Position numbers and translations under genes: made by a program
Assembly (NCBI GenBank): GCA_951406725.2
Contig: OX597826.1
Location: 59,086,001 to 59,150,000, forward strand
Direction: 5' to 3'
Length of the DNA: 64,000 nt
Origin: Octopus vulgaris
Lineage: Eukaryota
Shown here: positions 1-13,200 of the stretch, piece by piece
How the letters are laid out: each line of letters starts with the position of its first letter
How positions within the stretch are numbered: the stretch's first letter is position 1
The notes under the pieces: model-generated
Seen by the model: only the letters and a program-made list of their open reading frames with translations
Database searches by the model: none
Told to the model about the DNA's origin: nothing

Positions 1-158
1 TATTTATTCAAAGAGAATTATTTGTGAATTGAAACTGAACACAACGGACGGTTATTGAAAAGGTAATGCTATAGACACCTATTTTACATAATTTCTATCT
101 TTATTTTGTTTCAGCTATAAAGTACTTACATCTGATATTCAAATTCGTAGCTGTGGTC

Positions 159-236
159 GTATGTATGTATGTATGTATGTATGTATGTATGTATGTATGT
201 ATGTATGTATGTATGTATGTATGTATGTATGTATGT
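159..236. repeat. (TATG)n microsatellite
   Basis: Perfect tetranucleotide run; source of ORFs 101..325 and 169..375. Confidence 0.97.
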
Positions 237-975
237 GTCAGGTCACTTTCGAGTGCTACTGGTAACATGTAACCCAGTACAACCTGTTGCATGGTCGGGT
301 CGTCGGCGACTAAACCGGCAACCACACCAAGCTTGCTTGGTGAGGAGGGTGTTTATTGGACACCCTGCCGGATGAAAAACAAACCCCGTCAAAGGGCGGA
401 GGAAATCTTGAGAGTCAACGTCTATCCAATAAATGCCTTAAGGATGTATCATGCGCGGGGTCATAGAAAAAATCGGACTGAATACCCGATCGCGCGGTTA
501 AACCATTGGAAGTAAATGACTCCAAAGTCGTTGGCCATCGAACAGTAAGTCAGAGCAACCATGACTTTGTATAGAGACCACTCTATGAGAAGGAAACATT
601 GAAGTCATACCTCCGACTTCATTTGTATTTAACCTTGTAGAGTAATTCTTCATTGTAGCAAGTGCTTACCTTGTTAAGAGAGAGGGATTAGCACTGTCCA
701 AGCAATTTGCTGACCTTAAACATTTTGAGACACAGACAACGCATGATTTTTTAAAATCTCTACTATCTGTTGCAGACGATGTCCTATCGTTGCCGAAAAA
801 GGCAAAAAACATTCAGTGAAAAATTCCAAAAGGGAATGAAGGGAGGGTTCAACGACGATGGTAAGCTTTTAGAACACGTGCTCCTATCGTCGCCACATCT
901 TCGCAAAAGAGTGCAGGTACCCAGGTGGACTAAAGAGTTACATAGGTACTGCCTAAGCGTGAAAGAAAACTGAAG
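237..975 (+). mobile_element. Old RTE-related non-autonomous element, copy 1
   Basis: Starts GTCAGGTCACTTTCGAGTGCTACTGGTAACATG...GTACAACCTGTTGCATGG...ACTAAACCGGCAAC, alignable to 3366, 6527, 20620 and 24536(-); its 3' part (790-960) aligns with 3735-3910 and 20945-21120. Confidence 0.6.
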
Positions 976-976
<1 letters not shown>

Positions 977-1017
<41 letters not shown>

Positions 1018-1026
1018 GCCTCTCTC

Positions 1027-1092
<66 letters not shown>

Positions 1093-1093
1093 C
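977..1093. repeat. (TA)n plus (CT)n microsatellite
   Basis: Direct sequence. Confidence 0.95.
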
Positions 1094-1329
1094 CTATGTA
1101 TATACCTTTATCTATCTAACTTGCACATGTTTGTGTGTGTGCGTGTCTATGCGTAAATATGAGTTCATTACCTATGTGTACGTCAGTGTACTTATATGTA
1201 TGCATGTATAGCTATTGATACAATTACACACGCGTGTGCACACACACATATGTACGTATGTCCATGGGCGTATGCGTGAGTATGCATCCATACACATACA
1301 CGTACGTGTTATTACTATTTCTTGCAATT

Positions 1330-2400
1330 TGTGTACTTTTGAGTGTTGTAGCAAAAAAGTAGCTACGAATGAGTATAACATTTTACGAACTGATATTGGT
1401 AGTTAAAAATTCACGTTTAGAAGAGTACCTCTTTCCATCGCTAGCGTTGCAACATGAGCCATTGTTAAGCACTTCTTATTTTCAAAAAATATTTAGCTGC
1501 GCTTTGCTGTTCCCAATTCTTCCAAGACTCACTCACATCGTGTCTTCCAACAAGTGTTTGTCCCCGAATACTGGCCTTCACATAGAAACTTGGAGGTTGC
1601 TGTCGGAAAGTACCAGAATGTATTACAGATGTGAATCGTTGAGCAGCTGAATTTGTTGATTGCCTGGTTTGTTGCCAAATACGTGTGCTGCCTGGTTCGT
1701 TGCCAAATACGTATGTGGTCGAACATCGTCGCGGTAAATGCGTATCGTCTTCGGATTCTTGTTAGATTTCCAACTCCAAAAGATTTCCTCAAGCATTTTG
1801 GCTGTCTCAGTTTGCTACATCTAATTCATCATACAATAAGATCAAAGAGAAGATGGCCCCATATGCCAATAAAAAAATAAATAAATAAATAAATAAATGA
1901 AATTGCCACTACGACTTTTTGAGTTGTTTGCTGGCTTATAAATTCTTGATTTTGGGGAGTATGTTACGATATTCCGCGGGCTAAGCCTTCAATTCTGTAT
2001 CATAAAGTTACGCCCTCCTTTAATTTCCTGATCACACAAGGGAACACGGACATGCGGACTGTTTGGCGTCAAATGCTTTCAGCAGGGCAGGCAAGTTACT
2101 TCCTTTACGCCAACTATTGTTGTGTTGACACTGTACAATTTTCGTATATACAAAAAATTCCATCATATTGTGAATGCTGTATGACCACAGTAGTAAGCTC
2201 ACAGATTGACTAGTCTGGCAACACGAAAAATTTGTCCACTTCTTCGTTATTGCTGTCAAAGTTGCAGGCACACAAAGTACGTGGTTTCGATTCGATGCTG
2301 CATTCTCCTTTAAACTTCATTAATCTATGGACATTGGACTTTGAATGGTGTCATCTACTTAAACAAGCTCTAGCCTTTTCTAGATGTTAGAAAGCGTGCA
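1330..2400 (-). mobile_element. Highly decayed mariner transposase remnant
   Basis: Minus-strand TRQHTYLATNQAINKF resembles the mariner HDNARPHT...AI.KFGW region; LYDTELK resembles HYDPExK; left end (1330-1440) aligns with 9352-9470. Confidence 0.55.
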
Positions 2401-2517
2401 GACCTTGTCACCGAAACCTCATTGACGGTATGCTGTTTCAGCTGGGAAGCCATTTTACCTTTAATGAAGAAAAAAAATGAATAGCATTGGGGAGTAGAGG
2501 TACTTTATCCATGAGTG

Positions 2518-2873
2518 GAAGCACTCCGTCGGTTACGACGATGAGGGTTCCGGTTGATCCGAATCAACGGAACAGCCTGCTCGTGAAATTAACGTGTAAG
2601 TGGCTGAGCACTCCACAGACACGTGCACCCTTAACGTGACACAGAGAGTGACAAAGCCGGCCCCTTGAAAGACAGGTACAACAGAAACAGGAAGTAAGAG
2701 AAAGTTGTGGTGAAAGAGTACAGCAGGGATCACCAACATCCCCTGCCGGAGCCTCGTGGAGCTTTTAGGTGTTTTCGCTCAATAAACACTCACAACGCCC
2801 GATCTGGGAATCGAAACCGCGATCGTATGACCGCGAGTCTGCTGCCCTAACCACTGGGCCATTGCGCCTCCAC
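2518..2873 (-). mobile_element. tRNA-derived SINE (family C1) with 13-bp TSD
   Basis: Minus-strand head GTGGAGGCGCAATGGCCCAGTGGTTAGG...GGTTTCGATTCCC (A/B boxes); TSD TTATCCATGAGTG at 2505-2517 and 2874-2886. Confidence 0.9.
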
Positions 2874-3004
2874 TTATCCATGAGTGCAATTTGAATGACT
2901 TCTATCTGTTAACAAAGTGTTTACGCTCACTTCTGAGTTGCTTTCTTGTATGTGTATGTGCGAGCGCATATGTATGTGTGTTTGTGTGTATGACCGTTAT
3001 CTCC

Positions 3005-3245
3005 TACTTGTTTCAGTCATTAGACTGCAGCCAAGCTGGGGCACCGCCGTGAAGAATTTCAGTCGAACGAATCGGCTCCAGTACCCATTTTCTTTTAAAC
3101 CAGGACTTGTTACCGATTCTATCGGTTTATTTTGCCGAACCGCTAACAAATGTAAACAAACCAACATCACCTGTAGATCGTGTATAGGGGACTATCACAG
3201 GCACAAACAAGCACACACACACACACACACATACACGAAAGGCTA
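3005..3245 (-). mobile_element. SINE family A, 3' half
   Basis: CTTGTTTCAGTCATT...GGGCACCGCC...TTTTGCCGAACCGCTAA matches the family A tail. Confidence 0.75.
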
Positions 3246-3264
3246 TCTATATGTCTATGTGTGC

Positions 3265-3295
<31 letters not shown>

Positions 3296-3365
3296 ATGTG
3301 TGTGTGTGTGTGTGTGTGTGATGGGTGTGTGTGTAATATATAGACAGACAAACAGATAGATACAT

Positions 3366-3950
3366 GTCAGGTTACACTTAGGAGTACTGGTAACATGTAG
3401 CCCAGGACAAAATCGCCAACCTTGCCAAGTTTGCTCCATAACGACGGTACTCTTCGCTGGACGAAATTCATAATCTCTCAAAGTACCGATGAACGCATTA
3501 GATTCAATTAAACTCGGACAGCTGTGATAGCTCTCATCTTGGTGTAGACATCTCTCAACAAAAAGGGAAATCCAGTAATGCAGATTATTCCCTTTTAAGA
3601 AAATGCATACCTTATTTATTTAGAGCGTGGAGTTTGTTCCTATGCAAATACTCTCCTCACTTTGTAAAGCATTTTTCATAGGCAACTCTTGAACTTTAAT
3701 ATCTATATTATGTGTTGCGTAATATCTGAGGCTGTTGCCGAATAAGGCAAAAACGGTCAACGAAAATTACACGATGGAATGAAGGCATATGTCAGCTACG
3801 GTGGTGAGTTTTAAGAACACCTACTGGAAGTGATACACATCGTGGCCACATCTGTGCAAAAATTGTAGGTCCCTAGAAGGACTGCCAGGCACGCGTTCGT
3901 GATGCTTGAAAGAACAATGAAGCTGTAGTGTTGCTCGAATTCGAGTTGGA
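3366..3950 (+). mobile_element. RTE-related non-autonomous element, copy 2
   Basis: GTCAGGTTACACTTAGGAGTACTGGTAACATGTAGCCCAG head; 3' CCACATCTGTGCAAAA..TGTAGGTCCCTAGAAGGACTG (zinc-finger-like remnant). Confidence 0.55.
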
Positions 3951-3968
3951 CCCTTCATACAGATTATA

Positions 3969-4125
3969 TGGCGTGGCTTTGTGGTAAGAATCTTACTTTC
4001 CAACCATATGGTTCCTGGTTCAGTCCCACTGCGTGATACCTTGGGCAAACGTCTTCTACTATAGCCTCGGGCCGACCAAACCTTTGTGTATGGATTTGGT
4101 ATACAGAAACTGAAAGAAGCCCGTC

Positions 4126-4170
<45 letters not shown>

Positions 4171-4427
4171 GTATGAATATATATATATATATATATGTAT
4201 ATGGGTTTGTGTGTCTCGGTTTGTCCCCCCACCATAACTTGACAACCGATGTTGGTGTGTTGACGTTACCATAACTTCGCGGATCAGCAGGCTCAAATGA
4301 TAAAATAGAATAATTAATAGGGTTATAAAGGATGAGTCCTGGGTCGATGTGTTCGACTAAAACCCTTTAAGGCGGTGCTCCAGCATGGCCGCAATCACAT
4401 GACTGAAACAAGTAAAAGAACAAAAGT
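3969..4427 (+). mobile_element. SINE family A (tRNA-like head, CORE-like ACCTTGGGCAA, internal TA microsatellite, CR1-like tail)
   Basis: GTGGCTTTGTGGTAAG...GGTTCAGTCCC...ACCTTGGGCAA...GAAGCCCGTCG(TA)n...GGTGCTCCAGCATGGCCGCA..GACTGAAACAAGTAAAAG. Confidence 0.9.
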
Positions 4428-4501
4428 ATATATATATATAGATATATAAAATACACACACACGCACTCACACGCACACACAGCGCACACACACACGTACA
4501 A

Positions 4502-4532
<31 letters not shown>

Positions 4533-4859
4533 AACACACACACACACACACACACACACATATGATGGATTCTCTTGTCGTGAACGACAAGTTAGTGTTC
4601 AGCAAAATAAAGCATTGATCATGTTCTATGGACACGAACGTGTCTCTTGAGGCCTGCTGGTGTCTTGCAAACCTTTTGGCAACTGGACTAAGTTGAGGAC
4701 TCAGTTTGCTTGAGTGCTTGTGGATAATTTTCTATGAGGTCTCTTGAGTGGACAGCTAGGCCACCTTTACTTCATGTCACAAAACCACAATGAGGTAAGT
4801 TTTACATTTAGAGGAGCAGTGTTTTGCTAGCGTGCCTTCATGCTTGCATTTAGTTGGTT

Positions 4860-6440
4860 CCAGTCTTAGAGTCGATTTTCCTCAAATTTTTTTAAAGAAG
4901 GAAAAGTAGTACTGGCGCCTGGTCCTGCATTCTGATGTTTTGTTTTCCGATTAAGAAAAGGGAATGTTGGATTTTTTCAGATTGTCTTTTAGTTTGTCCT
5001 TGAAGCGCCAGAGTAGCCTTCCAACTGACCTTCTGTTGGGAATTGGCCAAAGAGAGGGTCTGATATCACTCATACGTGATAGATGACTTCACCATCTAAG
5101 CTGTATTTTGAGGAAGATGGCTTCAATACCTGATATGCTGCATTTTATAAGTACCCCACTGATATGAATATGGTCACTTGGTTTCATGTTGGAGATAGTG
5201 CGCAAATATTGCAAATGAAAAGCGTCAAACTGATTGATGTGCTTTCGGTATAAAATCCGAGATTCAGCACCATAAAGCAATGTTGTCAACACCACCGATT
5301 TATATACATTAATCTGCACCTTCAGCGTTTCATCGTGGCTTATTCATAGCCTGTAATAATGCTTAAGGAAAGCGGAGGTAGCCTTCCCGATTCTGGACTT
5401 GATTTCTTTATCCATCTTTGCATCATTGGACTCAATGGAGCCAAGATACCTGAAGGAGGAAATAGTTTTCAATGCTTTCCCATCAACATATACAGTAGGG
5501 GCAACAGCGGAAAGATAGACTCAAATGGGTTGATGGACAAGCTAATTTTTGTTGATGCTGATGGTCAGACCAACGGCCTTAGATGCATGCGAGAATTTGT
5601 TTAGAATCCATTGCATTTCCTCAAGAGATCGTGTGCTACAAGTGCACAATCGTCTGAGAAGTGCAAATCTTGAACTGTTTGCACCAAAAATCTTAGATTT
5701 TGCTTTGAAGCGTTGTTGGTTGAACGAGCAACCACCAGTTCTGCACTCAAACATTTACTCCTTAAACACCCCCCGAATGCTGTTTCCAACATAACGGAGA
5801 AATAGAAAGTAAATAAGTGGTGCAAGAACACAGAATTGTTTTGTCCCATTTGAGACGGTAAACAGAAACCATCATAATTTGATGGAAAGAAATTATGACA
5901 CTGAGAATCATTCCTGGAACGCTTAGTTTTCTAAGGACAATCCAAAGAGCATCCCTAGATAAGCTATCGAAAGCGTTAGATCTACATAAGTGACAAAAAG
6001 GTCTCAGTTGTGCTCAAGAGTCACCTGCAGCAGCCTTAGGCTAAAGATCATATCCGCTGTTCCTCTACCAACCCGAAATCTACACTGATGTTCAGGCAAT
6101 TCTAAGCTGGGAAGGGCATCATTTAGTCTATTTAAGATAACCCTTCCAAGGATCTTTACAGCAACACACAAAAGGGAGATACATCTATGGTTGTCACATT
6201 CACATTTGTTACCTTTATTCTTATGACAGTAGACAACAGAAGCGTCTTTGAACTGATCCTGATGAGTTCACATAACTTGTTCCCCAGTAGACTTCGACCA
6301 CATTTATATATCTCAGCTGGTATGCCATAATTCCCAGACGAGTTTCCATTCGTGAGTTGTTTCATAACGTCTTTTATCTCAGCATTTGATGAAGCAACTG
6401 ACAGTTCTTCAAGGATAGGCCTTTCTTGTAGGTTGATGAT
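4860..6440 (-). mobile_element. Decayed RTE-clade LINE ORF2 (reverse transcriptase), 5'-truncated
   Basis: Frameshifted pieces: GNSSGNYGIPAEIYK (KAPG.DGIPAE), DLHFSDDCALVAH (YADD motif), FSHASKAVGLTISINK, VYKSVVLTTLLYGAES...LKIQLRW, typical of RTE/BovB-like RT. Confidence 0.88.
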
Positions 6441-6526
6441 CAAGATATATATATATATAAATAAATGTATATACACTCACACAATATTGTCTACATGCTT
6501 AAGGCTGTATGTGAATGTATAAAATT

Positions 6527-6790
6527 GTCAGACCTCTCTTTGTGCTATTGGTAACATATATCCTTGTACAAACTGTAGCATGGTTGAGCCGCCGGAGACT
6601 AAATTGGCAACAATACCAAGATCGTTTGCTATAAAAGATGGTCCTGGTCCTACTGGGCAACGTACAGGAAAAAAAAATAAACAAAAGTTGACAGAAGCCG
6701 GATGTACACATTGAAGAAATTACCATATAACGACTAGGAGTCAGGAAAGCACATCACTTTTCGACATCTGTCTTGGTGATTTCCTTTGCA
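6527..6790 (+). mobile_element. RTE-related element 5' part, copy 3
   Basis: GTCAGACCTCTCTTTGTGCTATTGGTAACAT...GTACAAACTGTAGCATGG...GACTAAATTGGCAACAATACCAAG aligns to 237-330. Confidence 0.55.
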
Positions 6791-6800
6791 TTAATACATA

Positions 6801-6805
<5 letters not shown>

Positions 6806-6897
<92 letters not shown>
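6806..6897. repeat. (CA)n microsatellite
   Basis: Direct sequence. Confidence 0.97.
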
Positions 6898-7383
6898 TCT
6901 GGTTACTCGAACATGGTGACATCCCTTTTATACAAATAATTTTATGTGATTATTTTTCCTGAGTTGTGATTAATTGCTGGAGAACTAACGTCGCGATGCA
7001 ATATAGCATCGCCAATCAAACACAATCATTTGGGAAATGGACATGTGATCGAAATGGATGGTTCCTGGTGAGGTAATGCAATGCTATAGATACATATATT
7101 AAATAATTTCTATCATTGTTTTGTTTCAGATATCTCATTTGATAATTTTTACGTTTGATATTTACATTTGATAGTTATATTTGAAACTGTCATATGTATG
7201 TATGTATTATGTATGTGTGCGTGTATATAGACATGTAGAAACAGGTGTGAGCGTTTGTCTACATACATGTATATATGCATCACTACATCTCTTTGTACCT
7301 GACTCACACTCCCCGGGCTCTAACTCTGTCTCTCTATTCCTTCACTACATATATGTGTGTGTGTGAAAGTTTATAGGAATGTA

Positions 7384-7427
<44 letters not shown>

Positions 7428-7494
7428 ATATATATATACATACATTCGTATAAACACACATATATGTATAAGTGTGTGTGCACGCGCGCACATA

Positions 7495-7672
7495 TGAAAT
7501 AATTTGTCCTGGGCATAACTTTAAGATGCATCCGGTATCATAACGAACTAAAAAATTGAATAAATAGAAGAAACGCTATGGAGCTGAGAAGGCAGCGTAT
7601 AGAAAACGCAGACAAAAGTATAGCTACTACGTTCACTAGCTACATATGGAGTTTGAAAGATAATGAAACTCC
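7495..7672 (+). mobile_element. Possible Penelope-like GIY-YIG fragment
   Basis: [15 protein letters not shown] resembles the T.LS.YIW.LKD motif of PLE endonucleases; short and decayed. Confidence 0.35.
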
Positions 7673-7674
7673 TA

Positions 7675-7879
7675 GGCGTAGGTGTGGCTGTGTGGTAAGT
7701 AGCTTGCTTACGAACCACATGGTTCCGGGTTCAGTCCCAGTGCGTGGAACCTTGAGCAAGTGTTTTCTACTATAGCCTCGAGCCGACCAAAGCCTTGTGA
7801 GTGGTATTGGTAGAGGGAAACTGAAAGAAGCACGTCGTATATATATATGTGTATATATATATATATGTATATATATATG

Positions 7880-7910
<31 letters not shown>

Positions 7911-8357
7911 GTATATATATATGTATATATATATGTATATATATATGTATATATATATATGTATATATATATATATGTATATATATATATGTATATATAT
8001 ATATATGTATATATATATATGTATATATATATGTATATATATATGTATATATATATATGTATATATATATGTATATATGTATATATATATATGTATATAT
8101 ATATGTATATATATATATATGTGTGTGTGTGTGTATGTTTGTGAGTCTGTGTTTGTCCCCCAAAATCACTTGACAATTGATGCTGGTGTGTTTACGTCCC
8201 CGTCACTTAGCGGTTCGGCAAAAGTGACCGATAGAATAAGTACTATGCTTACAAAGAATAAGTCCTGGGGTCGATTTGGTCGACTAAATGTGGTGTTCCA
8301 GCATGGCCCCAGTCAAATGACTGAATCAATTAAAAGAGTAAAAGAGTAAAGAGTAAA
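7675..8357 (+). mobile_element. SINE family A with expanded internal (TA/TG) tract
   Basis: Full head to tail; internal tract of about 300 bp (7838-8135). Confidence 0.92.
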
Positions 8358-8931
8358 CACCGCATGTGATTAAATGGAAAGTAATTAAGAAATTTATACC
8401 TTATGTGAATGGATCGAATAAATGTAGAACTTTTTTGCCTGAAAGAGCGCAGATCCTGTTCAGATCTTAAGATCCCTATCTCTCTATTGAATTCGAGGTC
8501 AGAAAATTCCAGTGGTTGCATGCATATGTATAAATATATTCTGAAGAATTAGAATTTGGAAAATTCCGCTTATTACTGACTGAATATTGTATCTCCAGCT
8601 GCTTCAGATACCAAGATAACAAAAATTGTCAAAGTCTAGTACAACGGTTTTGTTATGGAATGGTTAAACCATTTTTTTTCGTTTTCTGAAAAGGCAACGT
8701 TTTGGACTTACGACACTTTTGCATAATAGCAAAAATCTCTCTCTCTCCCCCCCTCTCTCTCTCTCTCAGTATATATATATATATATATATATATTACTGG
8801 ATATAGATATGCATACACGTATTACGTAAATACCATATACAAGCATTGCAATTTCATACACACTGTACATAGATGTAATGTACCTTAATAAGTAATATAT
8901 AGCCATAAAGTATTTATTTTTGTGCGTATGT

Positions 8932-9042
8932 ATCTACTATAGCCTCGGCCCGACCACAGCCTTGCGAGCGGATTTGGTAGACGGAAACTGATAGAAGCCC
9001 GTCGTATGTGTGTATGTATGTATGTATGTATGCATGTATGTG

Positions 9043-9094
<52 letters not shown>

Positions 9095-9318
9095 TGTGTG
9101 TATACTTTTGTGTGTCTGTGTTTGTCCCCCCCCAACATTGCATGACAAAAGATGCTGGTGTGTTTACGTCCCCGTAACATAGCGGTTCGGCAAAAGAGAC
9201 AGATAGAATAAGTACTAGGCTCACAAAGAATAAGTCCTGGGGTCGATTTGCTCGACTAAAGGCGGTGCTCCAGCATAGCCACAGTGAAATGACTGAAACA
9301 AGTAAAAGAATAAAAGAA
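8932..9318 (+). mobile_element. SINE family A, 5'-truncated
   Basis: Starts at TCTACTATAGCCTCGG; intact tail. Confidence 0.9.
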
Positions 9319-9349
9319 TACATGTACATGTTATAACTGCTTCTTAGTT

Positions 9350-10560
9350 ATTGTGTATATTTGAGTGTTGCAGCAAAAGAATAGCTAAAATGAGCGTAAC
9401 CATTTATGAACCGATATTGTCTGTCTGCTTGAATTGCACACGTTAGCCGAGTAGCTCTTTCCATCACCGGTGATTGAGCTTTTCGTTCAGCTACAATCAT
9501 CTTCGCAAAGCTATCAGATGCCTCCTGCTGTAGCTTGTTCTTTCCAACCACTTTCGCCTCGTTTCTATTATCAAATCTTAAACTCCGAATACTGTGCTTC
9601 GTTGGAACAATGATGTGGAAGCTGGAGAGCAACAGATCAGGAATTCAAAATGAATGGGGTCGCTGGTCAACCTAATTTTTCGATAACTTCTTTTATTCGG
9701 AGACCTATGTGTGGTCGAGAATTTTCTTCATGAAATGTGGATCGTTCCCAGATTCTTTTCTGAGTTATTCCACTAAAGGATTATGGGAAATTTCTCGGGT
9801 TTCTCTATGTACCGTTTGCCATTCATGTTTTAATCCTTTTAAAGGACATGAAAGGGAAGCAGTTATACTTCAAAAGTGAAATCCAGTCGTGATAATTATA
9901 TCTGTCATTCGCCAGCTCTTGAAATTTTGTTACCTTGATAATGTTCCACAGTTCTGCGGATAAAATTTCATTTCTGGACTATGCAGATACAACTTTGTTT
10001 CATTTCCTGTCACCAGATTGGAAAAGAAGTCACATGGCTTCATTGACGTCAGGTATTCCCAGTACGTCGCTCCAGACAACACACTTCTTTCCATTAAATC
10101 GAGCGTCGGCCACAGAGGCTACAACTTTGCACACACTTTCTGATGCCCAAAATGTTTCCCCATTTCTTAAGTGTACACTGCGAAAAGATTCAGCAATTTC
10201 ACAAATTATCACATGTTCCTTGCTCGAATAATTTGTCCACGCGCTGGCGATTATTTTCAGGGCCCAACGTTTAAGACAAAACCAACTGCATGGAGTGTAT
10301 TCAATACTGGTTTCTCCTTTAAACGCCCTTCAGCGGTGCACGTTGCTTTTGGATATATTGATATCACAGTGGACAAGCCGTAGCAATCTATGGATGTCCG
10401 TGAGCGTGTGCTGTTCATTCGTCAAAAACTCAATGACATCATATTGCTTGGCCTTGGACCCCGTAATTTTTCTGCAAAGAAGAAGAGGAAGCAGGAAAAA
10501 TTTACAACGGAAAAATTTACTCAGCCACCATGTGCAATGTGAAAACTTGTCACAGTAAGC
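9350..10560 (-). mobile_element. Decayed mariner transposon
   Basis: N-terminal KQYDVIEFLTNEQHTLTDIHRLLRLVHCDINISKSNVHR (KQRAVIEFL HTH), KVCAK..P (WVP motif), C-terminal SSFHIIVPTKHSIRSLRFD (SDFHLF..LK..LRG.RF). Confidence 0.75.
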
Positions 10561-10839
10561 AAAAAAAGCTATGGTCACTTTTACGTTGCTTACGTGTGCG
10601 CGCACTCGCGTGTGGTGTTGTGTGCTTGCATTTGTGTGAGTGTTTACATATATTAGTATTTTGTGCATGTGTCTACGTATATACGTATGAGTGATGCTAT
10701 CAATATTTTTCTCTATGTATGCAGGTATGCAACTATTCATATACATGTGTATATGTATATACATACATGCATACATACATATATGTGTGTGTGTATTTAT
10801 ATATATATAGGTAAATATATATATATATATATATATACA

Positions 10840-11050
10840 CTCAGACACCTATTCTATCAATGTGCTATTGGAGCACCAACACGAATTAGATTAAACAAGG
10901 AAACATTCTTCATTGAAAAATATAAGCCTAAACTTAACCATTCTAACATTCTTATACAGAGAAACTCACCCCATTAAATAAGGGAAAAGAAATATAAAGC
11001 GATTATCTCCCTTATACCGGAAGAAATCGCTTATTACCTCTCCCTATAAA
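10840..11050 (+). mobile_element. Penelope-like 3' end fragment
   Basis: FYQCAIGAPTRIRLNKETFFIEKYKPKLN matches the GIY-YIG C-terminal R...E..FI....P.LN pattern, followed by an imperfect hairpin (10978-11047) between TA tracts. Confidence 0.55.
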
Positions 11051-11074
11051 TATATATGTATATATATATATATA

Positions 11075-12530
11075 TCCTTAAATCCTTTAAAATGTTTTAG
11101 CCCGAAGGCCACGGCCATGCTGGGGCACCACCGCTGAATGAGCTACACTAATATGTGAATTCACCTCTGATACGTGGCACTTGGTCAACAAGGGAGTTCG
11201 ATGCCGCTGCCCGCATCTGTGTCTCCTGTCCGACAAAAAGAGATCCAGTTTAGTTTTAAAGAAACCCACATCCACACCATGCAAGTCTCTCAGGCATTTA
11301 GGGAGGATGTTAAAGAGCTGTGGTCCTCTGAAACCCAAGCTATTGCAGTATCTGGTCCTGTATTTTGATGGTGATGCTGGAATCTTTGGCACCATGCAGT
11401 GGCGCCCCGTTCTGCGGTTGGGGTAACTTTGAATGCCAAAGTTTGGGACAAGACCCTCCAGGATTTTACGGATGTATATCACCGCATATCTCTCCCGCCT
11501 TCGCTATAGGGAGAAGAGTTTTAATACTTTCAGACTTTCCCAGTAGCTGATATGTTGCATTGAGACGATATTCTTTGTGTAGCTTCTTTGAATTGCTTCG
11601 AGTTCTGCTGTTAGTTTTATATTGTGTGGTGACCATAGTTTGGAGCAGTAGTCCAAGCGGCTGAGGACGAAAGTTTTCCACAGGACCATCCATCAATGTC
11701 TCCTCTCTTGTTCTGAAAGTTCGGAGAATCCATCTAGCTAGCCATCTGCATTTTATCACCAGATTAGTAATATGCACTTGGAAAGATGCATCATTGCTCA
11801 TGTCAATGCCCAGGTCACGCACTGATTTTGACTCAGGGATTGCAATTCTTCCCGGGCAGTGTATCCAGTCTGCATGTCGTTTACCTTTGTGTGCCGGTAG
11901 CGCAGGGCCTGGAACTTACCTGTGTTAAACTGCATGTTGTTGTCCTCAGCCCACATGTATATTGTATCCAATTCCTGTTGCAGATGTGCAATATTTCCAG
12001 GGTTTTGTATTGTGTGGAAGACTTTTGTGTCATCTGCATAGCTAGCAAGGGTGGCCATCTTAGCAACTGAGGGCATGTCTGAAAGGGCCACTATGAACAG
12101 CAGTGGCCTCAAGACAGTGCCCTATGGAATACCGCTTGTTATTTGTGTTTCCTTGGAGGTGGCTCCATTGGTCACAACTGCCTTCCTTCTATCTTTTAGG
12201 AAGTTGTGCAGCCACTCTCCAAGTTTTCCGCCTATGCCGAGACCATGCAGTTTGTGACAAATCATACCGTGGTCGACTTTATCAAAGGCCTTTGCAAAGT
12301 CGAGATATATCACATCCACATTTGAGCCATTTAGTAGCTGTTTTAATACCCAGTCATAGTGTTGCAGGAGCTGTGTGAGGCAGCTCCTACCTGGTCGAAA
12401 TCCATGCTGGGTGTCAGTCAGCAAGTCATTTTCTTCAAGGAACATGATTAGTTTCTTGCGGACTATTCGTTCCATGACTTTGCTGATATGTGAGGTCAGA
12501 TAGATAGGCCTATAATTTTTAGCATCTGCT
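11075..12530 (-). mobile_element. CR1-clade LINE, 5'-truncated, frameshifted RT plus 3' UTR
   Basis: QHGFRPGRSCLTQLL, VDVIYLDFAKAFDKVDHG, SYADDTK, RDLGI, SRLDYCSKLWSP, GPQLFNILP...FKTKLD; 3' end GGTGCCCCAGCATGGCCGTGG with a TTTAAGGA-type tail. Confidence 0.93.
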
Positions 12531-12547
12531 CTATATATATGTATATG

Positions 12548-13165
12548 TCGTCTGCACTACTGTTTCCAGTTATGGACACCACATTGTGCCAAACTAACAG
12601 CGACGCTTGAAGCAGCCCAACGCTACTACACTAAAATGTTTGAAACAGCTGCATGGAGTGGTTGAGAAAACTACAACTTTACTCCCTGGAGCAAAGGCGC
12701 GACAGATATGATATGCAATAATCTACATGTGGAAAACTCTTGAATGGCTAGTACCTAATTTCGGCATTCAGTGTTATTCAAATGCTAGAGATGGCCGCCC
12801 CATCGACTCTATCTAGATTCAAGGTCAGGTACTGCAATAGTCTAGGGCTCAAAGACTCACAGCTCTTCAATGACCTTCCACAAAAACTAAGAAATCAGCA
12901 TAAAGTGGAAGTAGATATCTTCAAAACGGCACTAGACATCCTCCTCTCCACAATACGGGATGAACCAACAGCTCGGCACAAGATGCAGACGAGGGCAGCG
13001 GAATCATTAGGGAGTTCCCTTATGCAACAAATAGACCAACAGCAGTGACAAAGGCACATGCAAGAGTGGGGATGTCAAACACCTCAGAATGAGAAAATCA
13101 GGAAGACCACGGTGTTGCTCCAGCATGACCGCAGCAGCATGTTTGGATTCGGGATACTTAGCGTC
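12548..13165 (+). mobile_element. Second, older CR1-clade LINE 3' fragment
   Basis: RYCNSLGLKDSQLFNDLP...FKTALDILLSTIRDEP is homologous to the minus-strand CR1; ends TGCTCCAGCATGACCGCAG. Confidence 0.8.
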
Positions 13166-13200
13166 GTATGTATGTATATACGTATATTAAATGTGTGTAT

